DNA of 64,000 bases from an uncultured Gemmatimonadaceae bacterium. Lineage in GTDB: Bacteria; Gemmatimonadota; Gemmatimonadetes; Gemmatimonadales; Gemmatimonadaceae. The stretch covers positions 256,001-320,000 of the forward strand of contig CAWAGQ010000007.1 in assembly GCA_963781585.1 (NCBI GenBank), in the 5' to 3' direction. A program made the translations under genes and the position numbers. Numbering within the stretch: the first letter of the stretch is position 1; every line of letters starts with the position of its first letter. The notes under the pieces are model-generated. The model was not told where the DNA came from. It saw nothing but the letters and a program-made list of their open reading frames with translations, and did not search any database. This document shows positions 29,186 through 45,980 of this stretch, piece after piece.

Positions 29186-29677
29186 TCAGCGATCAGCGGT
29201 CGGCCGTCGTGGCAGCCAGCGCCCCACACGACGACAGTATGAGTCATACTCCGGCCCGAACGTCCGTCTGAGGACCGGCTCCTCGTACGTCAGAACGAAG
29301 GTGTGACTGATCAGGAGGAATACCAGCACGTAGCCGAGGAGCGGCAGCGATTGATAGTACGTCGCTGCTCCGGCAAGCGCGGTTGCCGCGCCCACATACA
29401 TCGGATTGCGGACCCACCGATAGGGACCGCGCACCACCAGAGTTCGAGGCGGGTCGAATGGTGCGGGAGTGCCCTTGCCGATCAGGGCGAACGCGAGGAC
29501 GCAGCTCAGCGCCAGCGTGAGGCCCGCCCCCGATACCAGGAGCCCGACGACCTGGAGCACGCCGGTATGCGACGGAGGACGCACGCCGGACGATGACAGG
29601 AGCCGGGAGGGCAGGAAGACCAGCACGAACGCGATGAAGAGCGTCGCGTACGTCACTGCGCGTGCGAGAACGAACAT
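29186..29677 (-). CDS. Isoprenylcysteine carboxylmethyltransferase/PEMT-family membrane protein
   Basis: GTPAP, LVVRGPYRWVRNPMY, EEPVL...Y..Y...V.RWLP. Confidence 0.9.
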   Translation of the reverse strand: MFVLARAVTYATLFIAFVLVFLPSRLLSSSGVRPPSHTGVLQVVGLLVSGAGLTLALSCVLAFALIGKGTPAPFDPPRTLVVRGPYRWVRNPMYVGAATALAGAATYYQSLPLLGYVLVFLLISHTFVLTYEEPVLRRTFGPEYDSYCRRVGRWLPRRPTADR

Positions 29678-29856
29678 GGGAGTGCACCCCTCGCGTGTTG
29701 GACGACGACGAGCCGGCGGCACGTCGAGTCGACCATCTCATCAGATCTGAATAGTGCCCGACACCGCGGCTGGCAACGCGAGCAGGGCCGTATGCCTTGA
29801 CACTTCCGGCCCCCGGCTCTAGAGGAGAAGAAGACCCTATCCTGGGAGGCACCGCC

Positions 29857-30816
29857 ATGATGGATCGCTGCCCACGCGCGCTGGCCCTTGCCTTCGTCTT
29901 CGCGCTGGCCGGCTGTGGAGGCACCGGTGAGACGTCCAGCGCCGACCACGGGCGCAACGTCTTTGACGTGTCGGTCCGGGACCGGCTGGCCTTCGACGCG
30001 CCCGATTCGGTTTCCGCGGGATGGGTGACGTTCCGCCTGCATAACGAGTCGGGGATGACGCACTTTGCGCTGATCGAGCGGCAGCCGGAGGGAATCGGCA
30101 TCCGGGAGCAGCAAACGCAGGTGGCGCCGGTATTTCAGGCCGGCATGGATCTGCTGAGCGCGGGCAAGGTGCAGCAAGCGATGGCCAAGTTCGGCGAGCT
30201 GCCGGCCTGGACGAAACAGACCGTCTTTCTGGGTGGTCCAGGTCTGACCGGGCCGCAACACACCTCCGAGACCACGGTCAACCTGCAGCCGGGCAGGTAC
30301 ATGCTGGAGTGCTACGTCAAGACGAATGGCGTATTCCATTCCTACAGCCCGGACTCCACGCAGTACGGCATGGTGCATCAGTTCGTGGTCACGGCGCCAC
30401 CGTCGCCGGCGCCCGCCCCGCAGCCGACGCTGCGTCTGACGCTCTCGAGCACACGGGGGATCGAAGTCTCCGGAGACCCACAGGTGGGCGAGCAGATCGT
30501 GGCCGTGCGATTCGAGGATCAGAAGGCGCACGAAAACTTCGTGGGCCACGACGTGCATCTCGTGCGGCTCGCCGACAGCGTGGACACGAAAGCGCTGGTC
30601 GCGTGGATGGACTGGACCCGGAAGGGCGGACTGCAGACGCCGGCGCCGGCGGAGTTTCTTGGCGGGGTGAACGAAATGCCGGCCGGCTCGACCGGCTACC
30701 TCACGGTGACGCTCGAGCCAGGTCGCTACGCCTGGATCGCCGAGGTGCCGAAGGCGGACGAGCAAGGGATGCTGCGGGAGTTCACGATTCCGGGCGACGT
30801 ACCGAGCGGAGGGTGA
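29857..30816 (+). CDS. Lipoprotein with two cupredoxin-like repeats
   Basis: Lipobox LAGC; repeated L(Q/E)PGRY...GM...F; His/Cys/His/Met in the first repeat. Confidence 0.6.
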   Translation: MMDRCPRALALAFVFALAGCGGTGETSSADHGRNVFDVSVRDRLAFDAPDSVSAGWVTFRLHNESGMTHFALIERQPEGIGIREQQTQVAPVFQAGMDLLSAGKVQQAMAKFGELPAWTKQTVFLGGPGLTGPQHTSETTVNLQPGRYMLECYVKTNGVFHSYSPDSTQYGMVHQFVVTAPPSPAPAPQPTLRLTLSSTRGIEVSGDPQVGEQIVAVRFEDQKAHENFVGHDVHLVRLADSVDTKALVAWMDWTRKGGLQTPAPAEFLGGVNEMPAGSTGYLTVTLEPGRYAWIAEVPKADEQGMLREFTIPGDVPSGG

Positions 30817-30998
30817 GGCGGACCGCGACCCGCGCGAGCCGGAGCGCTGGTACGCTCCACGCTGGGTTCCCTCCACGACGAGTGCGTCGCACTGGCGGAC
30901 CAGCGGCACCGCGCTCCTAATTGTGCTGTTGCAGCTCCAGCCCGAGAGGTGCTGGGACGGCCCCGGAGCGCGAAGCCCGAGCGGAGCGAGATGGCGCG

Positions 30999-33395
<2,397 letters not shown>

Positions 33396-33419
33396 GCAGT
33401 CAGCCGGCCGGCAGCGGCC

Positions 33420-34604
33420 TCACCCGTCGACCGGCGCCGCCGCCCCGGACTTCTCGGCGGCATGCTCCAGCCGCAGCACCCCCAGCGCACCTAACGAGAT
33501 GAGCGCTCCGGCGGCGAAGGGCCACTTGAGGCTGCCGGCCCGGACCACCGCGCTGGCCAGGAACGGCCCCACCACCCGCCCGCTGGCGCTCGCGCTCTGA
33601 AACACGCCGAGCACCGCACCGCGCTCGGTGGGGCCCGCGGTCGCGGCCACCAGCGTGCTGATGCTGGGGACGAAGATCGCCCCGCCCACCGCGAACACCC
33701 CGAGCGGCAGGTAGGTCCCGGGGAGGGTGGAAGCAAAGAGGAGAAGAAACATCGACAGGGCACACAGCACGGCCCCGCCGCGGGTGAGGCCCCCCGCACC
33801 GAAGCGCCTGGTGAGCGGACCGATCCCGCCCCCCTGAATCGACACCGACACGATGCCGGTGACACCAAGGATCACGCCCAGCACCCTCGGTGTGACCCCG
33901 AGCGCCTCGGCGCTCCACACGACGAACGTGCTCTGGAACATCGCCACCCCGGCCACCACCAGCAGCGTTGCCGCCAGCAGCTCGCGCAGGACCGGCCGGT
34001 TCATGATCTGCCAGCGGCTCGGCCGCTTCTGCAGCCGGGCCTGGGCGCGGTGCTCGGCGCCGTGGCTCTCGCGCAGAAGAAACAGCGTGGCCGTGAACGC
34101 CAGGGCCGACATGATGGCGGCGGCGTGGGCCGTCCGGGCCAGGCTCCCACCGCTCTCGCCGGCGCCGGCCAGGATCCCACCTAACGCCGGACCGATGATG
34201 AAGCCGAGCCCGAATGCGGCGCCGAGCAGCCCGAGGGCGCGGGGCCGGGTGGCGTCGGTGGTGATGTCGGTGACGTAGGCGTAGGCGGTGGAGATGTTGC
34301 CGGCGGCGAGCCCGGCCGCCAGCCGCGCCGCCCCCAGCTCCCACCCGTTGACGGCCAGGGCCAGCGCCAGATTGGCCAGCGCGTTGCCGGCGAGCGTGAC
34401 CAGCAGCACCGGCCGCCGGCCGATCCGGTCGCTCAGCATCCCCCAGAGCGGAGAGCCGAACAGCTGGCCTAACGAGTAGAGGCCGAACAGGAAGACCACC
34501 AGCGACTCGGGGACGCCGAGCCGGGTGGCGAAGAACGGCAGCACCGGGATGATCATCCCGAAGCCGACCAGGTCGAGGAAGACGATGAAGAAGATGGTGG
34601 TCAT
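33420..34604 (-). CDS. MFS transporter, TetA/DHA1-like
   Basis: DLVGFGMIIPVLP, GMLSDRIGRRPV (motif A), GFIIGPALGG (motif C). Confidence 0.92.
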   Translation of the reverse strand: MTTIFFIVFLDLVGFGMIIPVLPFFATRLGVPESLVVFLFGLYSLGQLFGSPLWGMLSDRIGRRPVLLVTLAGNALANLALALAVNGWELGAARLAAGLAAGNISTAYAYVTDITTDATRPRALGLLGAAFGLGFIIGPALGGILAGAGESGGSLARTAHAAAIMSALAFTATLFLLRESHGAEHRAQARLQKRPSRWQIMNRPVLRELLAATLLVVAGVAMFQSTFVVWSAEALGVTPRVLGVILGVTGIVSVSIQGGGIGPLTRRFGAGGLTRGGAVLCALSMFLLLFASTLPGTYLPLGVFAVGGAIFVPSISTLVAATAGPTERGAVLGVFQSASASGRVVGPFLASAVVRAGSLKWPFAAGALISLGALGVLRLEHAAEKSGAAAPVDG

Positions 34605-34705
34605 CGGGACCCAATCTGGCGCGCGGGGCGGCGCGTGTCAGGACGCACCGTCGACCGACACCCGGGCGCCCCGGCCCCGCACCTGCGGCGGCGGAACCGG
34701 AGCCG

Positions 34706-38028
<3,323 letters not shown>

Positions 38029-38119
38029 CAGCGCGGAGAGTGACGAGTGGGACTCACGTACATGCGCCTCAACAGATTGACGGTGGAAACTAACGACAAC
38101 TAAACGACCGGAGTTTGTC

Positions 38120-38608
38120 GTGGTAAGGCACTCGCGAACCAGAGGCTCGGCCGAAGCAGTCCTGCGACGAGAGTTTCACGACGGTCTGGCCACAGAACTT
38201 GCGCTGGCTGCGGCGCTCGATCGAGAGGCTCAGCATCTGGCCGGAATGGTGGGTGCGCACGACGAAAGGAACCGCACGCCAGGACCTTCCCTTCGGGAGA
38301 ACGGCAAGGACGTCATGTATACCCTGTTGTGTTGCGGCAAACATCTGAATCCTGTCCTTCAGAAACGATTCGATGTGGACGAGGCGCCAACTTCCTTCCT
38401 GGTCGGGACTCATCCAGGCGTAGCATCGCACGCGCTGTTCGCGAGTCGCCTAGCCCTTTGGCTCGCAGCACGTGGGGGCTTCGTGGTACTGCTGTCCCTG
38501 AGCACCGCCGACGTAGTCGACAACGACCGAGTTAGTCGATGGTCGGCGCTCCAGCGGAGGTTCGTTCGGATAAACGAGTCCATGGAAAGGCGGCTCGCGT
38601 TTGTATGA
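38120..38608 (+). CDS. Hypothetical protein
   Basis: 162-aa ORF filling a lower-GC gap; no recognisable motif. Confidence 0.35.
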   Translation: MVRHSRTRGSAEAVLRREFHDGLATELALAAALDREAQHLAGMVGAHDERNRTPGPSLRENGKDVMYTLLCCGKHLNPVLQKRFDVDEAPTSFLVGTHPGVASHALFASRLALWLAARGGFVVLLSLSTADVVDNDRVSRWSALQRRFVRINESMERRLAFV

Positions 38609-38760
38609 TCGAATGCCTGGCCCGGATCCATCTCGATCCGGGTCGGGTCGCTCCGGCGGGAGCTCCGTTCCGGGTGACGCCGACGGCGCCCCTTGGGTGT
38701 TGCGCCTTCCGCGATAAAGCACAGAGGCGCACACGGTATTCTGTTTTACGATCGGGCCCT

Positions 38761-38793
38761 ATCCTAAAATAACGCGTACCGCTATTTTAGGAT
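38761..38793. promoter_or_regulatory. Perfect AT-rich inverted repeat, candidate operator of the fic gene
   Basis: ATCCTAAAATA-11 nt-TATTTTAGGAT ending 9 bp before ATG 38803. Confidence 0.7.
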
Positions 38794-38802
38794 CCGCCAT
38801 CG

Positions 38803-39982
38803 ATGAAACGAAAGCCCCAGGGCCGATACATCCAAATCGCGACCGCCGGCGAAGTGGTGCGGGCGTTCGCGCCGGCGCCGCTGCCGCCCAAGCCGCCCAT
38901 CCAATGGACCCCGCGGCTCCGCGCTCGCTTCGACGCCGCGCTCCTCGCCCTCGGCCGCCTCGACGCCGTCACCGACCTCCTCCCTAACGCCGCGCTCGTC
39001 CTTTACAGCTTCGTCCGCAAGGAAGCGGTGCTGTCGTCGATGATCGAGGGCACGCAGTCCTCGCTCGCGGACCTGATGCTGCTCGAGGTCGACGAGGAGC
39101 CCGGCACCCCGATCGAAGACGCGCGCGAGGTGAGCCGCTACGTGGCGGCCCTCGAGCACGGCCTCAAACGCCTCCGTGGAGGTTCCCCCTCACGCTGCGA
39201 CTCCTGCGGGAGGTCCATCGAGTACTGCTCGGCACCAGCCGAGGCGGGACGGCGACGCCCGGCGAATTCCGGCGCAGCCAGGCGTGGATCGGCGGGACGC
39301 GCCCGGGCAATGCGTGTTCGTGCCGCCGCCGCCGAACGAGATTGCGGACTGTCTGACTCCACTCGAGCGCTTTCTCCACGACGAGCCCCATGTCACCCCG
39401 CCTCTCGTAAAGGCCGCGCTGGCGCACGTGCAGTTCGAGACCATCCATCCGTTCCTCGATGGCAACGGACGCGTGGGACGACTGCTCATCGCGTTGCAGT
39501 TCGCCCATGACGGTCTGCTCCGTCAACCGCTCCTGTACATCAGCCTGCACTTCAAGGAACACCGCAAGACCTATTATGACCTTCTTAATCGCGTACGAGA
39601 GGTCGGCGACTGGGAGGCCTGGCTCGAGTTCTTCGCCGAGGCCGTCGAGTTCAGCGCCCGGCAGGCCGGGGACTCCGCCAGACGACTGCTCGCCCTCGCC
39701 GCCGCTGACGCGCAACGCATCGAGAAGCTGGGCCGCCCCTCCACATCAGCCCTCGTGATCCATCGCGCGCTCCAGCGCCAACCGATCGTCAACGCGGCGG
39801 CGCTGGTGGCGGCGACCGGACTCACGCCGGCCACGGTCAACAAGTCGCTGGCCCATCTGGAGCGTATCCGTGTGGTCAGGGAACTCACCAGCAAGCAGCG
39901 AGGCCGCGTCTTCAGCTACGCGCGCTACACCGCCATTCTCAACGAAGGCATGGCGCTGCCCAAAGAGAGCGAACAGCGGTGA
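38803..39982 (+). CDS. Fic-family AMPylase, class II, with C-terminal HTH; frameshifts at about 39190 and 39310
   Basis: SSMIEG inhibitory motif, HPFLDGNGRVGR catalytic motif, C-terminal GLTPATVNKSL helix-turn-helix. Confidence 0.92.
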
Positions 39983-40265
39983 GCCAACTCGGATTCCTCC
40001 AGCACGAATGGACGTCGGTCCATGACTCGGCCGAGCGCGCCGAGCGTGCCAGCTGCAGCAGCTGAAGACGGTGCTGTCGAGGACGGAATCCATTCTTACC
40101 AGCATGTCCGGGAAGGCAGCCATGAAGGCTGACCGGCATTGCACCTCACTTCTCATCCTTGCGAACGGAACTTCGTTTCCTGCGCTCGACCTCTCAAGGC
40201 GACGAGCCGCGGATTTGGGCGCAGACTCGGCGTGGGGCGGGAGTTCCCCATCGGCCATTCCATCC

Positions 40266-40303
40266 ACTCAATGCATTGAGTAAAATTACTCAACGCGATG
40301 AGT
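40266..40303. promoter_or_regulatory. Tandem palindromes overlapping the ATPase start codon
   Basis: ACTCAATGCATTGAGT (perfect)-AAAATT-ACTCAACGCGATGAGT, 22-bp period. Confidence 0.7.
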
Positions 40304-41506
40304 GAATATCCCAAGTTGTTCACCCGTGAATACGCCCGGCGGCTCGAAGCGCGACTCACGAGCCCGCCGCTTCCTCCAGGTCGTGTCCGGCGCCCGCCAG
40401 GTCGGCAAGACCACCCTCGTCGAGCAGGTCCTCGCGGCTGGGACACGAGCCACCGTGTACGCCTCTGCCGACGAACCGACGCTCCGTGACCCGCCGTGGC
40501 TGGCCGCACAATGGGACCGCGGCCGATTGGCGGCTGGGGAATCGGGCAGAACTGGCGCCGTGCTCGCGCTGGACGAAGTGCAGAAGGTCAGCGGATGGTC
40601 GGAAACCGTAAAGCGCCTGTGGGACGAGGACACGCGCGCACGGCGCCGACTCCGGGTGGTGCTCCTCGGCTCGTCACCCCTCCTGATGCAGCAGGGACTC
40701 ACCGAGAGTCTCGCCGGACGCTTCGAGGTCCTGCACCTGCCGCATTGGTCCTATGGGGAGATGCGCGCGGCCTTTGGCTTCACGCTCGATCAGTACCTGT
40801 ACTTTGGCGGGTATCCGGGCGCCGCTCCCTCATCGGCAATGCGGAGCGGTGGCGACGCTACCTGCTGGACTCGTTGATCGAAACAACCATCGCACGCGAC
40901 GTGCTGTTGATGACGCGCGTCGACAAACCGGCACTCCTCCGGCGACTCTTCGAGCTGGGGTGCCGCTACTCGGGGCAGGTGCTCTCGTACACGAAGATGC
41001 TCGGGCAGCTCCACGACGCCGGCAATACCACCACGCTCGCGCACTACCTGGATCTGCTGAGCGCTGCGGGCATGCTGACCGGGCTCCCCAAATACGCCGG
41101 CAAGGCGCTGCGTCAGCGCGGCTCGAGTCCGAAGCTCCAGGTATTGAACACGGCGCTCATGACGTCGCAGTCCGGACTGACGCCCGGGGAAGTGCGGGCC
41201 GATCCTGAGTTCCGCGGGCGACTCGTCGAGTCGGCGGTCGGCGCCCATCTCGCCAACGCGGCTGCCAGCGGGGTCTCCGAGTTGTTCTACTGGCGAGAGC
41301 GTAACCGTGAGGTGGATTTCGTTCTCAAAAAGGGCAAGACTCTCGTCGCGATTGAGGTCAAGAGCGGTCGCGCGCCCGATATCTTCCCTGGCATCGAGGC
41401 GTTCGCCGCGGAGTTCAATCCCAAGCGGACTGTGCTGGTGGGTGACGATGGCACTCCCCTGGAAGAATTCCTTATCCGGCCCGTGGAAGACTGGCTGCGG
41501 TCATGA
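40298..41506 (+). CDS. AAA-family ATPase with DUF4143-type nuclease-like C-terminus; frameshifts at about 40360 and 40825
   Basis: GARQVGKT Walker A, LDEVQ Walker B, ESLAGRF, GGYP, EVDF...IEVKSG (PD-D/ExK-like). Confidence 0.9.
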
Positions 41507-41577
41507 GAACAGGCGATGCCTTCCGACCGCTCCCTTCGCGTGCCTCTGCATTCGGCATGTCCTCCCGGCGCACGTGA

Positions 41578-43228
41578 ATGGGCGAAACCCGCGTTGACCT
41601 CCTCCACCTCCTCGAGGACCTCGCCGACGCCTATCCGGGCGACCTCGAAGAGACGATCCTCACCGAGATCGTCGCCAATTCGCTCGATTCCGGTGCTGCC
41701 ACCATCGCCATCGCCGCCGACCCGGCGCAGGCCGCGCTCACGGTCCTCGACGATGGCCGCGGCATGCGGCGCGCGGAGCTGCGCCGCTTCCACGATATCG
41801 CGTCGAGCGCCAAGGAGCGCGGCGAGGGCATCGGCTTCGCCGGGGTCGGCATCAAGCTCGGTCTCCTGGTGAGCGATGAAGTGATCACCGAGACGCGGCG
41901 CGGCAAGGATCACGTCTGCACCACCTGGGCGCTCACCGGCCGCAAGCGCGCCCCCTGGCACTGGGTCGAGCCGCCCGGCCTGGTGAGCGAACGCGGAACC
42001 GCGGTACGGCTCCGCCTCCAGAATGCGCTTTCCCCGCTCCTCGATGCCGCGCTGATCGAGGGTGCGCTGCGGCGTCACTTTGAGCCGCTGTTCGACCCGT
42101 CCTTCGACGCCATCCTCCGCGCGCACTATCCGGACGGGGTCCGGTTTGTCGTCAACGACCGGAGCATGGAGCGCGCCCCCACCGCGTCCGGCGACGAGGC
42201 GCCGGTGGCGGTGCGACTGGGCCGCAAGCGCAAGCCCGCGGCGTCGGGCTTCCTCGTGCATCAGGCGGCGCCCCTCGGTGAAGAGCGCCGCGGCATCGCC
42301 ATCAGCACGTTCGGCAAGGTCATCAAACGGGGGTGGGACTGGCTCGGCGTGACGCCTAACGCGCCGGACATGGTGAGCGGCCTGATCGAGGCGCCCGGCC
42401 TCGCCGCCAGCCTGACGCTCAACAAGGCCGACTTCCTGCGGAGCGGCCCGCGCGGCGCCGTCTGGCTGTCGTACCGCAAGGCGCTGCAGGAGGCGGTAAC
42501 ACAGCAGCTCGCGGCGTGGGGCGATGCGCGCGACGGGCGAGGAGCACACCCGGCGTCGGGCGGCGCGTCCGGTGGAGCGCGACGTGGAGACGGTGCTGCT
42601 GGACCTCGCCGAGAGCTTTCCGATGCTGGCAATGCTCGTGGAGCGGCGGAGCGGCGGGCAGCGAAAGCTGGCCATGGGGCGCGCCGACGGCGCTGGTGGC
42701 GCACAGCCGCTGCTGCTGCCACCCGAGACTGGCCAGGGCGAGCCCGTCGTGATGCCGCCCGAGGCTCCTGATGCGGCGCCGCCGGCCGAGGTGCCTGACG
42801 AGACTCCGTCGCCCGCTGGTGACGAGGGAGCTGCACCGCGGCGCGTCGCCGAGGCGCCACCTGACGAGGAACAACCCGAGCAGGGGGCGTCGCACCCGGC
42901 GCCGATCGAGCTGCCGGCGCACCGGGGCCGGCGTCGGCCTACACGGCTTGGCCTGAGGATCCAGTTCGAATCGCGTCCCGGCGATCCGGAGCTGGGGCGG
43001 CTGGTGGAGACGACGGTCTGGGTGAACGACGCGCATCCGGCGTACCTGCGGGCGGCGGCGGCACGGTCCGAGTCGTATCACCTCGCGCTCGCGGTGGCGA
43101 TGGCGCTGGCGAGAGTGGCCGTGGAGCCGTCGCAGGAGCACGGCTTCGTCTCCGCGTTTCTCGGACGATGGGGCGAGGCCGCGGGGCATGGGAAGGGAAG
43201 TGGGAGACCACGGCGGCGGGGGAAGTAG
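41578..43228 (+). CDS. Stand-alone GHKL (HSP90/MutL/MORC-like) ATPase; frameshift at about 42530
   Basis: EIVANSLD, DDGRGM, GFAGVGIK, RGT boxes; Pro-rich linker; C-terminal VWVNDAHP. Confidence 0.82.
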
Positions 43229-43524
43229 AGGCGCGACTGGAGCCTGTTTGCACGGTCCGGACCGATTCCTCCAGCCAGACACCTGTCGAATTTCGGCTCG
43301 TTCTTCGACTCGTGCTCCGGACTTGTCGATCCGGTGACAGGTCGCCCCGACCCGCCGCTTTGGCCCCTGAACGTATGACCTCCCCACGCACCGCCTTCAT
43401 CCCGTCGGGCATTTCCCTCTCGACTCACCCGCCCGATGATGCTATTGATGGCGCCACCGCATCGACGTGCCCGGGCCGAAGCGACGATGCCTCAGGCGGC
43501 GCGCCCGGTCTCAGAGGGGAACTG

Positions 43525-44157
43525 GTGAAGAGAACCCTGCCCGCATGTGCGCTTCTGACGCTCTCGGCGTCTCTTGCTCTCGCGCAGGGCCACGAGACCA
43601 CATGGTCCGCCGGCGTCGCGTTTCCCGCCCGCGATCTCATCGTCACGCCGCTTGGTCAGGGACGACTGCAACCCCTCGTGAGGATAGCCCTCGGCTGGGA
43701 GCACGTGTTCTCAGGAGACAGACGGCTCGGATTGAGCCTCGAAGGTCTGGTTGGGGACGGGCTGCGGATTCGCTATCTGGATGAGCGGCACGTCGAGCGC
43801 ACGACCTTTGCCGAAGGTCCGGATCTCCTGCGGGTCATCCTGTCCTCGGCACCCATAGGAGCCTCTGGCATCATTACGCCCCGCGTGGGCGCGGGTCTGG
43901 CCGTCTACAGGTTCGGTCCAGCGAAAGCATCTGGCAACCAGTACGGATCGATAAAGGACGGCGTGCTGGATGACATTGAGCTTCGATACTATGGGAACCA
44001 TCCCTCTGCGGTCTTCACGTGGGGCGCGCGGATCCGCGCCTCGCAGCGATCGCGCCTGGCCGTCGACCTGACGCAGGCCTGGGCGCGAGGCCCCGAGGGC
44101 GCGCAGGCCGATTGGCAGGTATCGCTGGTGCTCCTGCCGAGGCGATCAGCCCCGTGA
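43525..44157 (+). CDS. Secreted hypothetical protein, possible outer-membrane beta-barrel
   Basis: GTG start after GAGGGG, signal peptide ALA-Q, alternating hydrophobic beta strands. Confidence 0.55.
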   Translation: MKRTLPACALLTLSASLALAQGHETTWSAGVAFPARDLIVTPLGQGRLQPLVRIALGWEHVFSGDRRLGLSLEGLVGDGLRIRYLDERHVERTTFAEGPDLLRVILSSAPIGASGIITPRVGAGLAVYRFGPAKASGNQYGSIKDGVLDDIELRYYGNHPSAVFTWGARIRASQRSRLAVDLTQAWARGPEGAQADWQVSLVLLPRRSAP

Positions 44158-44311
44158 CCCCGCCCCAGTCGGCCGCTGACAAGCAGCGACCTCGCGCCGA
44201 ACGTCGTCTATTCACCGCACCTAACGCTCCAGTAGCCCCTGCTTGGCGTTTCGCAAAGACTGATCGCGTGTTCCACCAGGCAGGGGGTAAGCCGTTGCGC
44301 GACGCCGAGCG

Positions 44312-45811
44312 CTACTGCCAGGGCGCCGGCTGCTGACCGGTGTACTTCAGCACCGCCGCCTGCGCGAGGCGCTCATAATCCTCGCTCAGCACGAGACACT
44401 CGCGCTTCACCTCCACCCACGCCGCCCACGAGCCGATGCCGTCGGCGTGGTAGTCGATCCACATGAAGCCGTTTTCGCCCCACCGCGTCCCCCATGAATT
44501 CTGATCCGCCACGCCCCGCGCTGATCGCTCCAGCCCGTGATCACGACTGCGTGATTGAGCGAGCCCGCCAAAGGCTCCTTGAACACGTCCGCACCACCGG
44601 TGTAGGCTGCAAAGGCCGGCGTGGCGCGCACCGCAGTCGCCAGCGGCCCGTGGTTCTGGAGCGCCAGCTTGATCTCACGAATTGTGGGCGAACCTGGGGT
44701 GGCGCCGACGTACCCCCAGTTGAGAATGCGCAGGGGCGTCGGTGACGGATTGGGGCAGGTCGAGTTCGCACCGAGATACGGCATCACGCCCTCACCAACC
44801 GTACCCGCGTTGAGGTATTGCTGGAATGACAGGTGAAAGAAGCCACCGCCACAGTTGCCCGCCGGCACGTTGCAGGTGCTCACCTGATGCTGCTCGGACA
44901 GATCCACGGATCGATTGTTCACGATCAGGTCGTTCGCCTCGACGCCGCGGCGGCAGCGAACGCCCAGCAGCTCCGGCACGAGCGTTGTTGCGCACCGGCG
45001 GCACCTTGCCGTAGCGGGCCCAGTCGAAACTCGCGAGTCCGGCAATGCCATTCGGCACCGGCAGCGCCGGACAGTTCGAGCTCACGACGAATCGCTTCTT
45101 GCGATCGGCCAGATCGGCCGAGAGTGAGCACCACGTTGGACGGAAACAGGGGGTAGCCGTCGATCGGCTCGGCGAGGTCACCCTGCACCGGGAGGAAGTC
45201 CTGCACGCCGACGTCGATCGGGCCGGCAGGAGACATCAGGAGCCAGCCGATCTGAATGCGCCCGGCGATGATCAGCGTGGCGAGGTTGCCCGCCTGACGA
45301 CGGGCCGCGTCGCCCCGTAGCGCACACGGTGCCAGCGTTCTGGTGACTCCCGGGGCGAGCGTGGCATCGAACCAGACCGGCGCCGCCGCCGATCCCGGCG
45401 TGATCGAATCACGGCCGACGTGCAGCACCATCCCGGCCGGCGCGGCCGCGTCCGGAACGACGTGCACCGACTCGTCAGGCAGTCCGTGTACTACGGTCGC
45501 GAACAGGATCACCCGAACGGACCCAGCGGCGCGATTCGTCAGGCTGCCGGGCGGCCGGAGGAGCGCGATGAGCGTGTCGTTCATCGCGCTCCCACCGGCC
45601 AGGCCGCGCAGCGCCTGGTCGAAGGAACACGCGCCAGCACGGCGTAGGGCACCGACTGTCGCACCAGGACCGAGGCGTTCGCCTTGAGATCGATAGGCAC
45701 CTGCGCTCGAAGCGACTCACCCGCCAGCACAGCACCGGCGAGCCAGGCGATGCGGGCAACACCCCACCCGCGCGACCGGTAGTCGGCGCGCGCACGCTGG
45801 GGAACCGTCAC
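44312..45811 (-). CDS. Papain-like C1A cysteine peptidase; multiple frameshifts
   Basis: SFDW, Q.SC.SCWAF, DLSEQ, CGGG, NHAVVITGW, NSWGTRWGENGF recovered across frames. Confidence 0.85.
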
Positions 45812-45980
45812 GACAGCCTCCGGAAGCGGAGAGGCAGGAGAGATAGCATCCTGAACGCGTGTCCGCCCGGTTGTCCGCCAACACCCCGGGGCATGATGCC
45901 CCGCCTCGGGCTGAGTCGTCTCGATCCGCCCCCCTACGAGCCGCTGCCAACCGGCTTGCCGCAGCGACCCCTCAGCCCAA

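Noticed and set aside
38040..45811. Prophage or integrative element
   Set aside because: No integrase, structural genes, tRNA target or flanking direct repeats seen.
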